Assembly (NCBI GenBank): GCA_016839805.1
Contig: JAEOTO010000041.1
Span: forward strand, 1-40,277
Origin: Candidatus Hermodarchaeota archaeon
Lineage (GTDB): Archaea; Asgardarchaeota; Hermodarchaeia; Hermodarchaeales; Hermodarchaeaceae
Direction of reading: 5' to 3'
DNA: 40,277 bases
Each line of letters opens with the position of its first letter. Within the stretch, counting starts at the first letter, position 1. Under the pieces are notes generated by a model that was not told where the DNA came from, did no database searches, and saw only the letters and a program-made list of their open reading frames with translations. Positions 20,755-31,652 of this stretch are shown here, in pieces. The translations under genes and the position numbers were made by a program.

Positions 20755-21048
20755 TCTGGGTACCACGTTACTTCGATAATCAGGCCTTCAATTCGAATTC
20801 TTTCCTCATGGTCTGCCGCAATGTATGGGAAGCACCCGGAGAAAATCATTCAGCTTGTAAGCACTGCTTCTTTCCTCAAACCATTACCCGTATAAAAACA
20901 CTCCGGGCGCTATCACGCTTTTACGCAGAGAACTGCCTAGTACCCTCGGAATAAATAAATAGCCTATGAGAAACTGGCTTGGTGTTGCTTTATAAGAAAG
21001 ACAATCTATGGTCAATCTGAATCCACTTGAGCAGTTTTGGTGGTCTTC

Positions 21049-21261
21049 ATGAAAAAGAAAAAATCTGTAATTGATGATTGTAAGCCACGGGACAGTGATT
21101 TTGTAAAAGAAAAAATCGACGAGCTGAGTGGAAGTTTAGATGAAATGCTTAGCGTAAGCTCCAGAATGCGAAAGACCAGTTACCAACAAGCCATACTCAG
21201 GATAAAGCAATTTTCTAATCTTGCCAAAGAATGCAATTACATTGTTGAACCTGAAAATTAG
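21049..21261 (+). CDS. Hypothetical protein
   Basis: Short ORF filling the gap after a TATA-like TTTATAAG; no motif recognised. Confidence 0.45.
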   Translation: MKKKKSVIDDCKPRDSDFVKEKIDELSGSLDEMLSVSSRMRKTSYQQAILRIKQFSNLAKECNYIVEPEN

Positions 21262-21311
21262 AATCTCATAAGACCAAAACATGATATAATATTAGACACC
21301 CGGCGGTGTAG

Positions 21312-22028
21312 ATGATTATCGACAAAGAATTGGATCCAAAGGTGTTTCATCTACTAAGCTATGGATTATTTATAGTGGCCTCAAAATATGCCAAGAAGAT
21401 CAATGGATGTATCGTTAATACCGTATTTCAGGTCACAGCCTTTCCACCCCGAATTGCTGTTAGCGTCAATAAAGAGAATCTCACACACGAATACATCACA
21501 AAAAGCGGGGTCTTTTCAGTATCAATTTTATCCGAAGATACACCGATGAAGTTCATTGGATTATTTGGCTTCCAATCAGGACGCGAAGTGGATAAACTCT
21601 GTGATGTGAAATTAATCAAAGGGATTGAGGACTGCCCGGTTATTACAGAAAATTCTCTGGGCATACTAGAAGCCAAGGTTATTGACCAATTTGATGTTGG
21701 GACTCACACACTTTTTGTCGGCGAAGTGATGCATGGAAAACGACTCCGTGATGGTACACCGTTGACTTATGCATATTATCAACAGGTCAAACAAGGGAAG
21801 ACGCCGAAACGAGCAGCAACCTATACTGCTCCAATCGCTGAATCGCCACTTAAGATCAAGGATTCAGAGTCTCAAGAATATCAGTGTGATGTTTGTGGAT
21901 GGGTCTATAACCCTGCTGTTGGTGATCCGGAAAATGGAATCCCTCCAGGCACCCCTTTTGAAGAGCTCCCTGATGACTGGACATGTCCTCTTTGTGGTGC
22001 CAGTAAAAGCCAATTTTCGCCAAAATGA
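21312..22028 (+). CDS. Flavin reductase-rubredoxin fusion (high-molecular-weight rubredoxin)
   Basis: SYGLFIV...GTHTLFVG plus CDVCGWVY...[15 protein letters not shown]. Confidence 0.93.
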   Translation: MIIDKELDPKVFHLLSYGLFIVASKYAKKINGCIVNTVFQVTAFPPRIAVSVNKENLTHEYITKSGVFSVSILSEDTPMKFIGLFGFQSGREVDKLCDVKLIKGIEDCPVITENSLGILEAKVIDQFDVGTHTLFVGEVMHGKRLRDGTPLTYAYYQQVKQGKTPKRAATYTAPIAESPLKIKDSESQEYQCDVCGWVYNPAVGDPENGIPPGTPFEELPDDWTCPLCGASKSQFSPK

Positions 22029-22108
22029 CCTCCCTTTCACGCCTTGGTTAAGAATTGCGAAACGGATAATAACCTGAGGAAAACTTCCAGAGCGCGAGTT
22101 GTATTCAT

Positions 22109-22564
22109 ATGGCATTGCCTGAGGTTGGAAAAATTGCTCCCGATTTTATCGGGGTCACAGATGAGGATACGAAACTTCAACTTAGTAATCAAAAAGGGAA
22201 TATTGTGATTCTGTACTTTTATCCCCGTGCTTATACTCCGGGTTGCACGAAGGAAGCCTGCTCGTTTCGGGATAACATGATCCGACTAGTAGGAATGGGG
22301 GTCAAGGTTATTGGTGTGAGCACAGACAGTGTGAAACGCCAAGCAGGCTTTAAAGTAAAGCATGGTCTCGAGTTTCCGCTCATCGCGGATGCTGATAAAG
22401 AAATTGTGAAGCTTTACGGTGTGCAACAAGCACTGGTTGGAACTGCAAAACGTGTAACGTTTCTCATCGATCGAGATGGTATAATTCGTCATATCTGGCC
22501 TAACGTAAAGGTGTCAGGTCATGTCGATGATATCATTGCAAAGATAAAGGAGCTCGAACTCTAG
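22109..22564 (+). CDS. bcp: Peroxiredoxin, BCP/PrxQ type
   Basis: YFYPRAYTPGCTKEACSFRD. Confidence 0.93.
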   Translation: MALPEVGKIAPDFIGVTDEDTKLQLSNQKGNIVILYFYPRAYTPGCTKEACSFRDNMIRLVGMGVKVIGVSTDSVKRQAGFKVKHGLEFPLIADADKEIVKLYGVQQALVGTAKRVTFLIDRDGIIRHIWPNVKVSGHVDDIIAKIKELEL

Positions 22565-22620
22565 CCATCCCTTCTATTAGAGAAATGTTACCGGTTAGAT
22601 ATTGAGAGTCAAGTTTTGAC

Positions 22621-22860
22621 TCATGATTTAGGAATTATCTTAAGAGCATCATTGGGACAAACCGCTAAACAAGCCCCACATCCATTACAAAAATACTGCA
22701 TAGCCGGTGAGATAACATATTCCTCAGGAGCTACGCCCTCTTCGCGATTAGGTGCATAAATGGCGAATACCGCCTCGGGGCAGACTTCAAGGCATTTGGC
22801 ACAGTTGAAGGCATCCGTGCATTTTTCGTTGCTCCATTTAATTTTGTAATGGTTTTTCAT
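22621..22860 (-). CDS. 4Fe-4S dicluster ferredoxin
   Basis: C....NCAKCLEVCP, CNGCGACLAVCP. Confidence 0.85.
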   Translation of the reverse strand: MKNHYKIKWSNEKCTDAFNCAKCLEVCPEAVFAIYAPNREEGVAPEEYVISPAMQYFCNGCGACLAVCPNDALKIIPKS

Positions 22861-22862
22861 GT

Positions 22863-23714
22863 CTACCACCAATCTTTCAGTGCCGGTAATGATTCCCGGT
22901 CAATGAGTTCAATTGCTTTCTCAGGACAGGTTTCTGCGCATAACCCACAGCCATAGCATTTCCACATATCAATTCTAGCTCGTCCTGTTGCATTCTGGAA
23001 GGTTATTGCGCCAAATTGGCAGCGAGACAAACACTCCTTGCAACCGATACATTTATCGACATCGACTTTAGCTACCGAGTGTCCGCGAATAATATAATTG
23101 AAGCCCATATCAACGCGTGGACGTAACGCAATGCAATTAGGAACTTCACAGTTGCACACCGCCATCGCCATCGGGAGAGGAGTTCCAGCAAGAGTGTGAA
23201 CCCGACCTTGTTCATTGAATTTTCGTATAAGGGCAATAGCTTCATCTACGCTAATGCGTTCTACCTTTTCTTGCTTTGAAGGGAACATCTCTGCTGTTTC
23301 ACCATGGAGCCCCAAGGGGATACAGCAGCGATCACTGGCGTTATTTATCATTTTCCGGCACAGACACTCGATGAGATAAGGTTCACCAGATAACTTGATA
23401 ACGCCTTCGATTTCTTGGCGAGTTAACACCTGTGCACCATGACCTTGTGGAAAAGTAAAAGTGACATTTTTATTTAGCGGGTGAATTTGGAAGATTAGAT
23501 TGTCAATCATTTTCCGAACATTTTCAGCCATAACAGGATCTGCCATTGCGTCTCCCGCTTGAGCTGCTAATTGCGCATATTGTTGATGTACGTGTTGCCA
23601 GTGATCTTTTTCCCAGGGCTCAAACCCCATTTCTTTGGCAAACTTTACTTCAACATGGCGCTTCACTTCGAACCATTTCTTGCCACCACCATGGGCTGTG
23701 CAAATATCACACAT
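22863..23714 (-). CDS. 4Fe-4S binding protein
   Basis: MCDIC, CLCR, VCNC...C, and two C-terminal ferredoxin motifs. Confidence 0.85.
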   Translation of the reverse strand: MCDICTAHGGGKKWFEVKRHVEVKFAKEMGFEPWEKDHWQHVHQQYAQLAAQAGDAMADPVMAENVRKMIDNLIFQIHPLNKNVTFTFPQGHGAQVLTRQEIEGVIKLSGEPYLIECLCRKMINNASDRCCIPLGLHGETAEMFPSKQEKVERISVDEAIALIRKFNEQGRVHTLAGTPLPMAMAVCNCEVPNCIALRPRVDMGFNYIIRGHSVAKVDVDKCIGCKECLSRCQFGAITFQNATGRARIDMWKCYGCGLCAETCPEKAIELIDRESLPALKDWW

Positions 23715-23929
23715 AATTATCACTAACGTGTCTAAATTGCGTTTATTGTAGCTTCGTATTTTTCTGTCTTATTAACAGCTCAAATTTCAAGGCACCCATT
23801 GATATAGAAGACCAATCAGCGAGAACTCATTACACGACTACATGTAGTGCATTGGTATTTTCAGCATGATTTTTGCAAGGCGGTCAAGTAAATTTATATT
23901 ACCATCAATAAAGCCAAGTTACTATAGAG

Positions 23930-24379
23930 TTAATTAGGGTTGGTAGTCAAAATTACTTCTTCTTGACCAGTATTTGCCTCGATTGATCCCTTTCGAAGTT
24001 TTCGAATTTGTTTAATCGCTTCGTGCGGAGGGAGATTCTTCTGTGTCACTAAGTAAAGAGCGAGTATCATTCCAGTTCGCCCTAGACCTCCCTGACAGTG
24101 CACGAGCGTCGGTTTTTGCGAGTGTAAAAAAGCAGCAATAGCCTGTAATGCCTGGTTGCGCTGATTCTTAGTCCCAGGAGTATAGTCGCGAATCGGAATT
24201 ACAACTACTTCCATTCCCAATTGTCTGGCTTTCTCCGTTCCTTGGGGACTCAGAGGTTCAAGTGAAACAATAGCCTGAATTCCTTTGTGATGGTACAACC
24301 ATTCTAAACATGCTTCAGGGTATGCAGAACCAGCGAGATGTCCTTTTTCCAGCCAGTAAAATCCACAAGGCGCGGTCAT
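23930..24379 (-). CDS. Dual-specificity / protein-tyrosine phosphatase
   Basis: VHCQGGLGRTG CX5R loop; AGGAG RBS before ATG 24379. Confidence 0.92.
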   Translation of the reverse strand: MTAPCGFYWLEKGHLAGSAYPEACLEWLYHHKGIQAIVSLEPLSPQGTEKARQLGMEVVVIPIRDYTPGTKNQRNQALQAIAAFLHSQKPTLVHCQGGLGRTGMILALYLVTQKNLPPHEAIKQIRKLRKGSIEANTGQEEVILTTNPN

Positions 24380-24479
24380 TCTCCTACCTTCCTGTGTTCG
24401 GTTCAGCATTGTAGGTAGATAGATTTTTAGTATTTCATTAGTGATAGATGATAATTAGTTGTTGCATTACCAGGGGTGG

Positions 24480-25301
24480 ATGAAGTTGGTAAAGGTTGCG
24501 ATTATGGAAATAGGTGAGGATGTTTCAACATCTTTTGCTCAGGCCCTGAAGTTAATTGGTGGTATATCTGACCTGAATGTCCCTGATCGTGAAGTCTTGG
24601 TGAAGGTTGGAGTATTTGCTCCAAAACAAAAGCAGTATACGACTCTGCCTGTGGCACGAGCAATTGTTGATAGTTTTTCGAAGGCTCCGAAAATATGGTT
24701 TATTGAGTCAGATAATTATCGCGGAACAGGATCTGAGCGATTAAAAATTTGGAACGAACTGTATTCTGACCGCGTGGTACCCTTCAACCTCTCAGAAGAC
24801 ACCGAAACACAAACAGTCACTATAGCCGGTGAGGAGATGGAACTCTCCCACCTGCTCTTTGAATCGCGTGTTCTAATAAGTTCACACACCCTGCGATGGT
24901 ATGAAAAAGGCTCAGTCATCAAGAATCTCTTCGGTCTACCACCCATGAAAAAGAAGGCACGATTTCATAAGAATCTAGTTCCAGTCATCTTAGATTTATT
25001 TGAGGCGGTAGGAGGCATTGACTTGGCAGTATTAGATGGAACCTACGCATATCCAGGCCCAGGTTCAGGGACCAAGTCGCGAATACCGGCCAACGTCTTT
25101 CTTGTAGGTCAAGATGCCGTAGCGGTTGAGGCAGTAGGAGGTGCATTGATGGGTATGAACCCAGAGAAGATGTCAATAATCCAGGAAGCAATGCATCGTG
25201 GGTTAGGAGAAGGAAATCTCGAGAATATTGATGTTGTTGGCTTGGAATTCAATGAGTTACAAGAAAAAATTCGATCGGGAAAGAAAAAGAAGAAGCCCTA
25301 G
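24480..25301 (+). CDS. DUF362 domain protein
   Basis: IKNLFG, DAVAVEAVG..LMG..P pattern; start uncertain. Confidence 0.8.
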   Translation: MKLVKVAIMEIGEDVSTSFAQALKLIGGISDLNVPDREVLVKVGVFAPKQKQYTTLPVARAIVDSFSKAPKIWFIESDNYRGTGSERLKIWNELYSDRVVPFNLSEDTETQTVTIAGEEMELSHLLFESRVLISSHTLRWYEKGSVIKNLFGLPPMKKKARFHKNLVPVILDLFEAVGGIDLAVLDGTYAYPGPGSGTKSRIPANVFLVGQDAVAVEAVGGALMGMNPEKMSIIQEAMHRGLGEGNLENIDVVGLEFNELQEKIRSGKKKKKP

Positions 25302-25306
25302 CTAGC

Positions 25307-26506
25307 TTAGCACTTTAGGACATCACCTAGAGCTTCGAATGTGGCAATAATACGGGGACGCCATTGACGATATAAGGTCAGGCGTTCTTGGTCGGCTTGG
25401 AGGAATTTGGCAATCGTTGGTGATTGGAGTATTTGATTAAGTATCAGGGCTTTGTTAAGGTTTGGAATAGCGGCTTCAATTGCCGCGCTCCATAACGTTA
25501 GAGCTTCCTTGGCTTGTTTGAAAGCTAAGGGAAGTGTATCCGTGGGAAGAGGATCTGGAATGAGACCACCAACGCCTTGTGATGGGTTTAGCCCGATTGT
25601 AATAAGAATTTGTCCAACAGGTGATTCAAAGGGAAGGACAGCATTCCAAAGTGCAGTTTGTTCACTAATTATGTGAGAATATGCTTGGGATCGAATTTCA
25701 ACAAATTGACGCAGGTTTTCATTACTCTCAATTAATTGCGTAATCATTCTCTGATTCTCTTTGAGCATTTGTGGGGAATAGGTTGCGAAGGAGGAGGATT
25801 CTAAGACAAATATCGGCATGGCAGAAACAACTTGAGCGATAGTATCGAGATACTGACCAAATTGTTGAAGAGTGAGTGATGGGTCACCACTTGTATCTAT
25901 TTCTTGAAGAATAGTTGAAAGAGGTATGAGAAAATCTCGACGTGAATGCTCCTGCCAATTTATGGCGATTTGTTTTACATTCAGAAAGAATGGTCCACTA
26001 AACTGCCCAATTAATTCAATAAGTCGTGTTACGTCAAATAAAAGCTGGTGAGTAGTAACAATTAATCGGTCTAATTCCTGAGCTGTGTCCTCTAAAACCC
26101 ACCGAAGATATTTTTGATCAAAATTCTTCGTTTGAAGAAAATCAGTAGCCTGAAGCTTGAAATTTTCTAATTCCTTTACTTCCCTCTGCGTCGCTCCCAA
26201 GTTCTTCGCTAGACCTCTCGTATGAGTAACCCAACGCTCTACGAGTTGAATGTATTTCTGAATATACAGAAGAACATCCATAAGTGATTGAAGCCATTTG
26301 GTTTCCAAGCGAACCGTCGAATCAGGCGCTTCAAGAATCGTTTTGAGTTCATCCGTTTTGTAGATTCCTGAATCTACTTGGAATAATGCGACTAAATAAT
26401 CTCGAACGGTTTCCGCATGAGCAGTGAAGGCCTGACGAACAGAAGTCATCAAATTGGTCTTTCCAAGACCCTGTAAAGACGTTTCGGAAGAATCCGTTGT
26501 AAGCAC
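25307..26506 (-). CDS. Hypothetical alpha-helical protein
   Basis: 399-aa ORF, Leu/Gln-rich, no motif recognised. Confidence 0.7.
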   Translation of the reverse strand: MLTTDSSETSLQGLGKTNLMTSVRQAFTAHAETVRDYLVALFQVDSGIYKTDELKTILEAPDSTVRLETKWLQSLMDVLLYIQKYIQLVERWVTHTRGLAKNLGATQREVKELENFKLQATDFLQTKNFDQKYLRWVLEDTAQELDRLIVTTHQLLFDVTRLIELIGQFSGPFFLNVKQIAINWQEHSRRDFLIPLSTILQEIDTSGDPSLTLQQFGQYLDTIAQVVSAMPIFVLESSSFATYSPQMLKENQRMITQLIESNENLRQFVEIRSQAYSHIISEQTALWNAVLPFESPVGQILITIGLNPSQGVGGLIPDPLPTDTLPLAFKQAKEALTLWSAAIEAAIPNLNKALILNQILQSPTIAKFLQADQERLTLYRQWRPRIIATFEALGDVLKC

Positions 26507-26630
26507 ATGAGCCTTACGAGAACCTCATATCGAAAAAAAGTCTCTTTTTTTGCAAAAAAATCTAGGGGTTTTTGTTGTTCTTTGCACGTATGTTATCGTG
26601 AAGTCTATTACTTTTCCCGAAGGAAAACAT

Positions 26631-27935
26631 TTGCCACGGAAAGTGAAGCCATCAACTCAACGACCCAGTCAGGAAGAAGTGTTCAAAGCAGTAGAAGCCA
26701 AACGTGACCGACTGGTCTCGTTACTCCAGGATCTCATCCGCATACCCACCGTGGTTCCTCCAGGAGATAAATACGAAGAGATGGTCCAATTTCTGGAACC
26801 TATTTTTCAAAACCTAAACTTTCAGACTACCCGCGTAATTATTCCAGCTGAGGAAATTGAGAAGATTCCGTTTCCTCTTGAAGGTCCTCGTGTAAATTTA
26901 GTTGCACACCGTGACTTTGAGAAGGAAGAAGTAGTCACAATTTATGCCCATATGGATGTCGTTCCTATTGAAGAACCGTGGACTAAGGAGCCCTTCAATC
27001 CTGTTGTTGACAATGGGAAACTCTATGGTCGTGGAGCCATTGATATGAAATCAGGTATAGCAGGAATGATCGTCGCCCTTGAGGTACTTCATGAAATTGG
27101 AATTCAACCTCATTTCGATATCATCTGTACTCTCTGCACTGATGAAGAAATTGGCATGTATCCAGGAAGTTACTACCTTGCCAAAAAGGGATTTATGAAA
27201 GGTCATGTTGTCAACACTGAACTTGGGGCACAGATGCCTATTATCATTGCAGGAGTCGCAGGTAACGTTGACGTGAAAATTCGAACAAAAGGACGCAGTT
27301 GTCACTCTGGTATGAACTTCATGGGCGTCAATGCTGTTGAAGCGATGATACCGATCCTTTCTGAACTAGAAGCGCTCAAACACCAAGTTGAGAAGCGAGA
27401 ATCCAAGATCCCGCTAATGCCGATTCTTAAAGCCTTTGGAGCCACTTCCGACTATGTTACACCCATGTTCAACATTGACATCATTCAGGGTGGAACCAAA
27501 AGTAATGTTGTTCCAGCTGAATGTGAAGTGGTGATCAACCGACGGTATATTCCGGAAGAAACCTATGATCAAATAGTCAAAGAGATTCAAGACGCTGTCA
27601 ATCGTGGAAAGGCAAAGAGTAAGGTCCTTGATGTGGAAGTGAAATTCGTCCATTCTTATTCACCATTCATCGCCGACACTACAAGTAAATATGCGAAGAA
27701 GATGAAGGAGGCTCTAAAAGCAGTTCATGGCTTCCAGGATGAGGATTTCGTCGTGGGTGGGGCTGCGGCGTCAACAGATATGGGATTTATTACCCAAGCT
27801 AGTGACATTGCAAACATCATTGGACTTGGAGCTGCCACACTTGATAATGTGTCTGCTCACAAACCCGACGAATGGGTGCGTATAGACGATTTAGTAAATA
27901 TGACAAAACAATTGGTCCATTACCTAGCCCTATAG
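26631..27935 (+). CDS. M20 metallopeptidase, ArgE/DapE family
   Basis: AHMDVVP, LYGRGAIDMKSG, DEE, AHKPDE; start uncertain. Confidence 0.92.
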   Translation: MPRKVKPSTQRPSQEEVFKAVEAKRDRLVSLLQDLIRIPTVVPPGDKYEEMVQFLEPIFQNLNFQTTRVIIPAEEIEKIPFPLEGPRVNLVAHRDFEKEEVVTIYAHMDVVPIEEPWTKEPFNPVVDNGKLYGRGAIDMKSGIAGMIVALEVLHEIGIQPHFDIICTLCTDEEIGMYPGSYYLAKKGFMKGHVVNTELGAQMPIIIAGVAGNVDVKIRTKGRSCHSGMNFMGVNAVEAMIPILSELEALKHQVEKRESKIPLMPILKAFGATSDYVTPMFNIDIIQGGTKSNVVPAECEVVINRRYIPEETYDQIVKEIQDAVNRGKAKSKVLDVEVKFVHSYSPFIADTTSKYAKKMKEALKAVHGFQDEDFVVGGAAASTDMGFITQASDIANIIGLGAATLDNVSAHKPDEWVRIDDLVNMTKQLVHYLAL

Positions 27936-27973
27936 ATGTCATTCACCTGAGAGTTTATCGAAATCCGGAGAGG

Positions 27974-28237
27974 TCAGATGAGGAAAGAAAGCCAGGGCGC
28001 GCTGAACGCCATCCATTGCATTGCAATGAACAGTACAATGCCTCCGACGACCATTTGTCGTCCACGAGATGGCTTCCAGTCTGACAACCAGAAGAGGATT
28101 CCCAAGGCTATGAGAGTCGCAGCGATGAAATTACCTGTGAAAAGGATTAACCCCCAGGTAATGATCAGATAGTGGATAAAATGCCCAATAAGTGGGTCGA
28201 GTGGAAATTGAGCGCCTGAAATGACCTGCGTCTTCAT
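27974..28237 (-). CDS. Small membrane protein
   Basis: Hydrophobic segments; GGGGTG RBS. Confidence 0.65.
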   Translation of the reverse strand: MKTQVISGAQFPLDPLIGHFIHYLIITWGLILFTGNFIAATLIALGILFWLSDWKPSRGRQMVVGGIVLFIAMQWMAFSAPWLSFLI

Positions 28238-28361
28238 TCACCCCGCTTGTTCTTGCACGATAACTACTATAAACTCCCCGAAATTTGGCAGGCTTCAGTT
28301 TGATTACTGCCTATTCCAACAACTTATTTGACCCATTCTTATAACCACATTGCGAATTCTA

Positions 28362-29255
28362 ATGGCGCGTGAACGACTTGAAGAAGTCACCGATCAAATT
28401 TTTTTAGTTCGTGGAGAAACTAATGGACGATTCCCCCATGCTCATTCATTCCTTATCATCGCCGATGAAATTGTCTTAATTGATACTGGTTGTGGAATTG
28501 CCCTCTTACATGATCTCAAAAAGGAATTCGACATTAGTTACATCATTAACTCTCATACACATCCTGACCACTCAGCAGGTAATTGGATATTTCATAATTG
28601 TCGTATTTTTGTTCCCCAGGAAGCCTTTAGCACAAGCGGTGATATGGACGCCTTATCTCAACGCTTTGTTGGTGATGTTCTCGCCCCAATATGGCAGCAA
28701 TTCGCTCGCACGGAAATGGGATTTCAGAACTGTCGACCAACTCACAGCTATAATGACGAGACTACCTTTCAAATTGGGGACCTAGAACTAAAAACAATTC
28801 ACACGCCAGGTCATACAAAAGATCATTATTGTCTTTACTATGAACCTAAACATATTCTCTTTTCTTTTGACTATGATTTAACGTCATTTCCCTGGTATGG
28901 TCACAAAGAATCCAGCCTCGAAGAATTTCGCCAATCGATTCAATACCTCAAATCTCTACCAGCGAACATGATCTTGTCATCGCACCGTGATATTATCACA
29001 GAGGAAATTCAATCAGAATGGGATACGTACATTCAACGACTTGATGAACGGAATCAACGTATTCTCAGTCTTCTGAGTTCACCAAAAACAATTGCAGAGC
29101 TAGTTAACGCAGCCCCGATCTATCGAAAGTTCCCATACCAAGAACCTCTCCTCCGTTATTGGGAGGAAATAATGATTCAACAACATCTCAAAGAATTGGT
29201 AAATGCTGGACAAGTCTATCAAATCGATGAGAAGTATCATCAAACCAAAAAATGA
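28362..29255 (+). CDS. MBL-fold metallo-hydrolase
   Basis: SHTHPDH, HTPGHT, SSH. Confidence 0.9.
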   Translation: MARERLEEVTDQIFLVRGETNGRFPHAHSFLIIADEIVLIDTGCGIALLHDLKKEFDISYIINSHTHPDHSAGNWIFHNCRIFVPQEAFSTSGDMDALSQRFVGDVLAPIWQQFARTEMGFQNCRPTHSYNDETTFQIGDLELKTIHTPGHTKDHYCLYYEPKHILFSFDYDLTSFPWYGHKESSLEEFRQSIQYLKSLPANMILSSHRDIITEEIQSEWDTYIQRLDERNQRILSLLSSPKTIAELVNAAPIYRKFPYQEPLLRYWEEIMIQQHLKELVNAGQVYQIDEKYHQTKK

Positions 29256-29280
29256 GTGCGCATTTAGTATTGTGGTCAGG

Positions 29281-30147
29281 TTAGTATTGTTCGCGTTTAG
29301 ATGTGAATTGTACATGTACGAATTTACTGACGTTGAGCCAGTCATTTAACCGCATCATCACCCGAGTCCGCCACTTCCACCGTTTCTCTCGTGGGATTCG
29401 GGCAAAGAGGGGGAACCACTCAAGAACGTGCAGTCGATCAGACCACTTATGAACCTGTTTTTCCGGATTACCAAGGCCAAAATGAATGTTGACACCGTGG
29501 ATCCCATAGGATTGAAAGCGCCGTTTTACCATCCGGATGCCAAGTTTGGAGGGCATGTCAAAGAAAAGTTCACCACCTGGAAACTTGTCAGCCATAGCAC
29601 GAAATAGATCTGCAACTATATTTTCTGGAAAGTAATGAAAAAACCCTCCTGCAAAACAGAATAACCCATTTTCTCGTTTGAAGTTGATTGTGTCAAACCA
29701 AGAATAATCAAAGACAGATTTCGCGATGTAACGGTTACGATCCGATTCGGGGAGGAATCGTTTTCGATAGGCAATGGCTTTGGGTAAGTCCAGATCATAC
29801 CAAGTAATCCGGTTATTATCCACCCGAGAGAAGGTAGTATCCAAACCGCAGCCAATATTCACGATTGATGCCTTTGTGTGTTCATCAATGAAGTTTTTGA
29901 TGATATCATCAAAAGTCCGTGCCCGAATCAGGAAGGTGAGTCCATAGAATTCGTCAATGAATTTCTCCATGGCTTGGAATTCGGTTTCGGCTTCAGGATG
30001 GGTCGCTATTACTTTTTGGATTAACTGCTCGGCTTCAGTATCTGTTAAAATCTCTGGATATAATTGACTGTATTTTGCTCGGGCCCATAAGGGACCAACC
30101 ATAGTTGACTCTAGAGTCACAGAGACCGTTTCTTCCTTCTTTGACAA
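29281..30147 (-). CDS. SAM-dependent O-methyltransferase (LCM/TcmP-like)
   Basis: PLWARA, VNIGCGLDT, WYDLDLP. Confidence 0.9.
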   Translation of the reverse strand: MSKKEETVSVTLESTMVGPLWARAKYSQLYPEILTDTEAEQLIQKVIATHPEAETEFQAMEKFIDEFYGLTFLIRARTFDDIIKNFIDEHTKASIVNIGCGLDTTFSRVDNNRITWYDLDLPKAIAYRKRFLPESDRNRYIAKSVFDYSWFDTINFKRENGLFCFAGGFFHYFPENIVADLFRAMADKFPGGELFFDMPSKLGIRMVKRRFQSYGIHGVNIHFGLGNPEKQVHKWSDRLHVLEWFPLFARIPREKRWKWRTRVMMRLNDWLNVSKFVHVQFTSKREQY

Positions 30148-30190
30148 TGCTTATTCACACTCACAGCTAGTTCTCGAAAATCTATTATTG

Positions 30191-30826
30191 TTAACATTCT
30201 CCAAGACAATACAGGTACACTTTGAGGTCTTTGTCAATCTTGAGTGGCTTCCACCCATCAAACGTGTAGCGATTTGAGACTATTCGCGTCCGTGGTTGCA
30301 GTTCTTCAATGAATTTGGACTTCAACTTCTGATTAACTCGCTGACTTTGAAACACAGTGATAACAGTGGCAGCTTCCAGACTTTGATTAAAGAAGTTTCC
30401 TTGGATTAATTTGACTTTCTGACTGAGCCCTTGTCGTTGGATGGCGCGGCGCGAAAGGCGTAATCGAATTGGATCGGCTTCAATTCCCACCGCGTTTGCT
30501 CCGAATTCTTGTGCTGCCATTATGATTATTCGTCCATGACCTGATCCTAAATCGTATACAATATCTTCCTCTCCGATGTCAGCAAGCTCTAGCATTCTTC
30601 GAGCGACAGCCACCTCTGTTGGCACATACATAGCACCGATGGCTATCGGCCAGATGAGCCATACAAATATGCCAACTAAACATAATAAAAAACCGATAAC
30701 CCCCAACCAAAATACCAGCCAGAAATCCACAATTATCACTGAGATACAATGACCAACATGTAGTTGATATGCATTTACATATTGTGAACTAATCTGTCTT
30801 GAGAATGTAGCTTCCGGCTTCTCCAT
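30191..30826 (-). CDS. Class I SAM methyltransferase with N-terminal TM
   Basis: YVPT...RRMLELA...VYDLGSGHGR; start uncertain. Confidence 0.85.
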   Translation of the reverse strand: MEKPEATFSRQISSQYVNAYQLHVGHCISVIIVDFWLVFWLGVIGFLLCLVGIFVWLIWPIAIGAMYVPTEVAVARRMLELADIGEEDIVYDLGSGHGRIIIMAAQEFGANAVGIEADPIRLRLSRRAIQRQGLSQKVKLIQGNFFNQSLEAATVITVFQSQRVNQKLKSKFIEELQPRTRIVSNRYTFDGWKPLKIDKDLKVYLYCLGEC

Positions 30827-30985
30827 AAGGGCAAAGCAAGCCTTTTTATAGCAGTGTTAATGCTGCAAGTACATCAGTACCGATAAGTGAATGTTGTTTG
30901 GGCTTGTCTTTCCCCCTGCGGAGTGATTCCCCGAGTAAAGTTCTCTTCTTGGAAGACTGATTATAGAAGTAACGTGGTACCCAGA

Positions 30986-31471
30986 ATGAGTTATGATAGA
31001 GAGCCTGTAGAGGCAACAGTCGCAGACCTGCGACCATTTATGAAAAGTTTGAACATCTCCTTCAAAGTAGTCGAAAAAGGCGAAGCCCGTGAAGTATCTT
31101 CACGACGCGATGGCGAAACCCATCGAGTTCTTGATGCAGTCGCTGGCGATTCCACTGGCACAGTTATCCTGTCTCTTTGGGATGATATGATTGACACCGT
31201 AGAAGTTGACAAGAGTTACCGTCTAGAAAATGGCTATACTAGCCTCTTTCAAGGTCATCTCCGACTCAATATCGGTCGGTATGGTGAACTGAAGGATGCA
31301 GAAAATAGTATCGACGAAATCGACATGGACAACGATATTTCTGCCATGGAACACGAACGTCCTCAGAGACGATCTTATGGTGGCTATAGTCGGGGCCGAA
31401 GTTATGGTGGAGGCGATTCCCGCCGAGACCGTGGTGGTTCCCGCCGAGACCGTGGTCGACGTCGTTACTAA
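30986..31471 (+). CDS. ssb: Single OB-fold SSB-like protein, close paralog of 20254-20754
   Basis: Near-identical OB fold; RG tail includes a tandem TCCCGCCGAGACCGTGGT repeat. Confidence 0.88.
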   Translation: MSYDREPVEATVADLRPFMKSLNISFKVVEKGEAREVSSRRDGETHRVLDAVAGDSTGTVILSLWDDMIDTVEVDKSYRLENGYTSLFQGHLRLNIGRYGELKDAENSIDEIDMDNDISAMEHERPQRRSYGGYSRGRSYGGGDSRRDRGGSRRDRGRRRY

Positions 31472-31652
31472 CTTAAAACCAGTAATATTGGAGGTAATGT
31501 CGTTCTAAGAACCGCACGACCTCCTGCATTTTCTTTTTTAGTTCTTGATGATGTAGATCGCCTGCACTAATTTTCTCATTAAACCGTAAGACTACCATCA
31601 TAATATCAAATGGATTCAACCACTTCAACTCCACAACATGGAGGAACACCAT

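Noticed and set aside
20751-20849. 32-aa uORF overlapping the SSB start (ATGA)
   Set aside because: The equivalent frame in the paralog leader is interrupted by stops, so conservation looks nucleotide-level rather than peptide-level.
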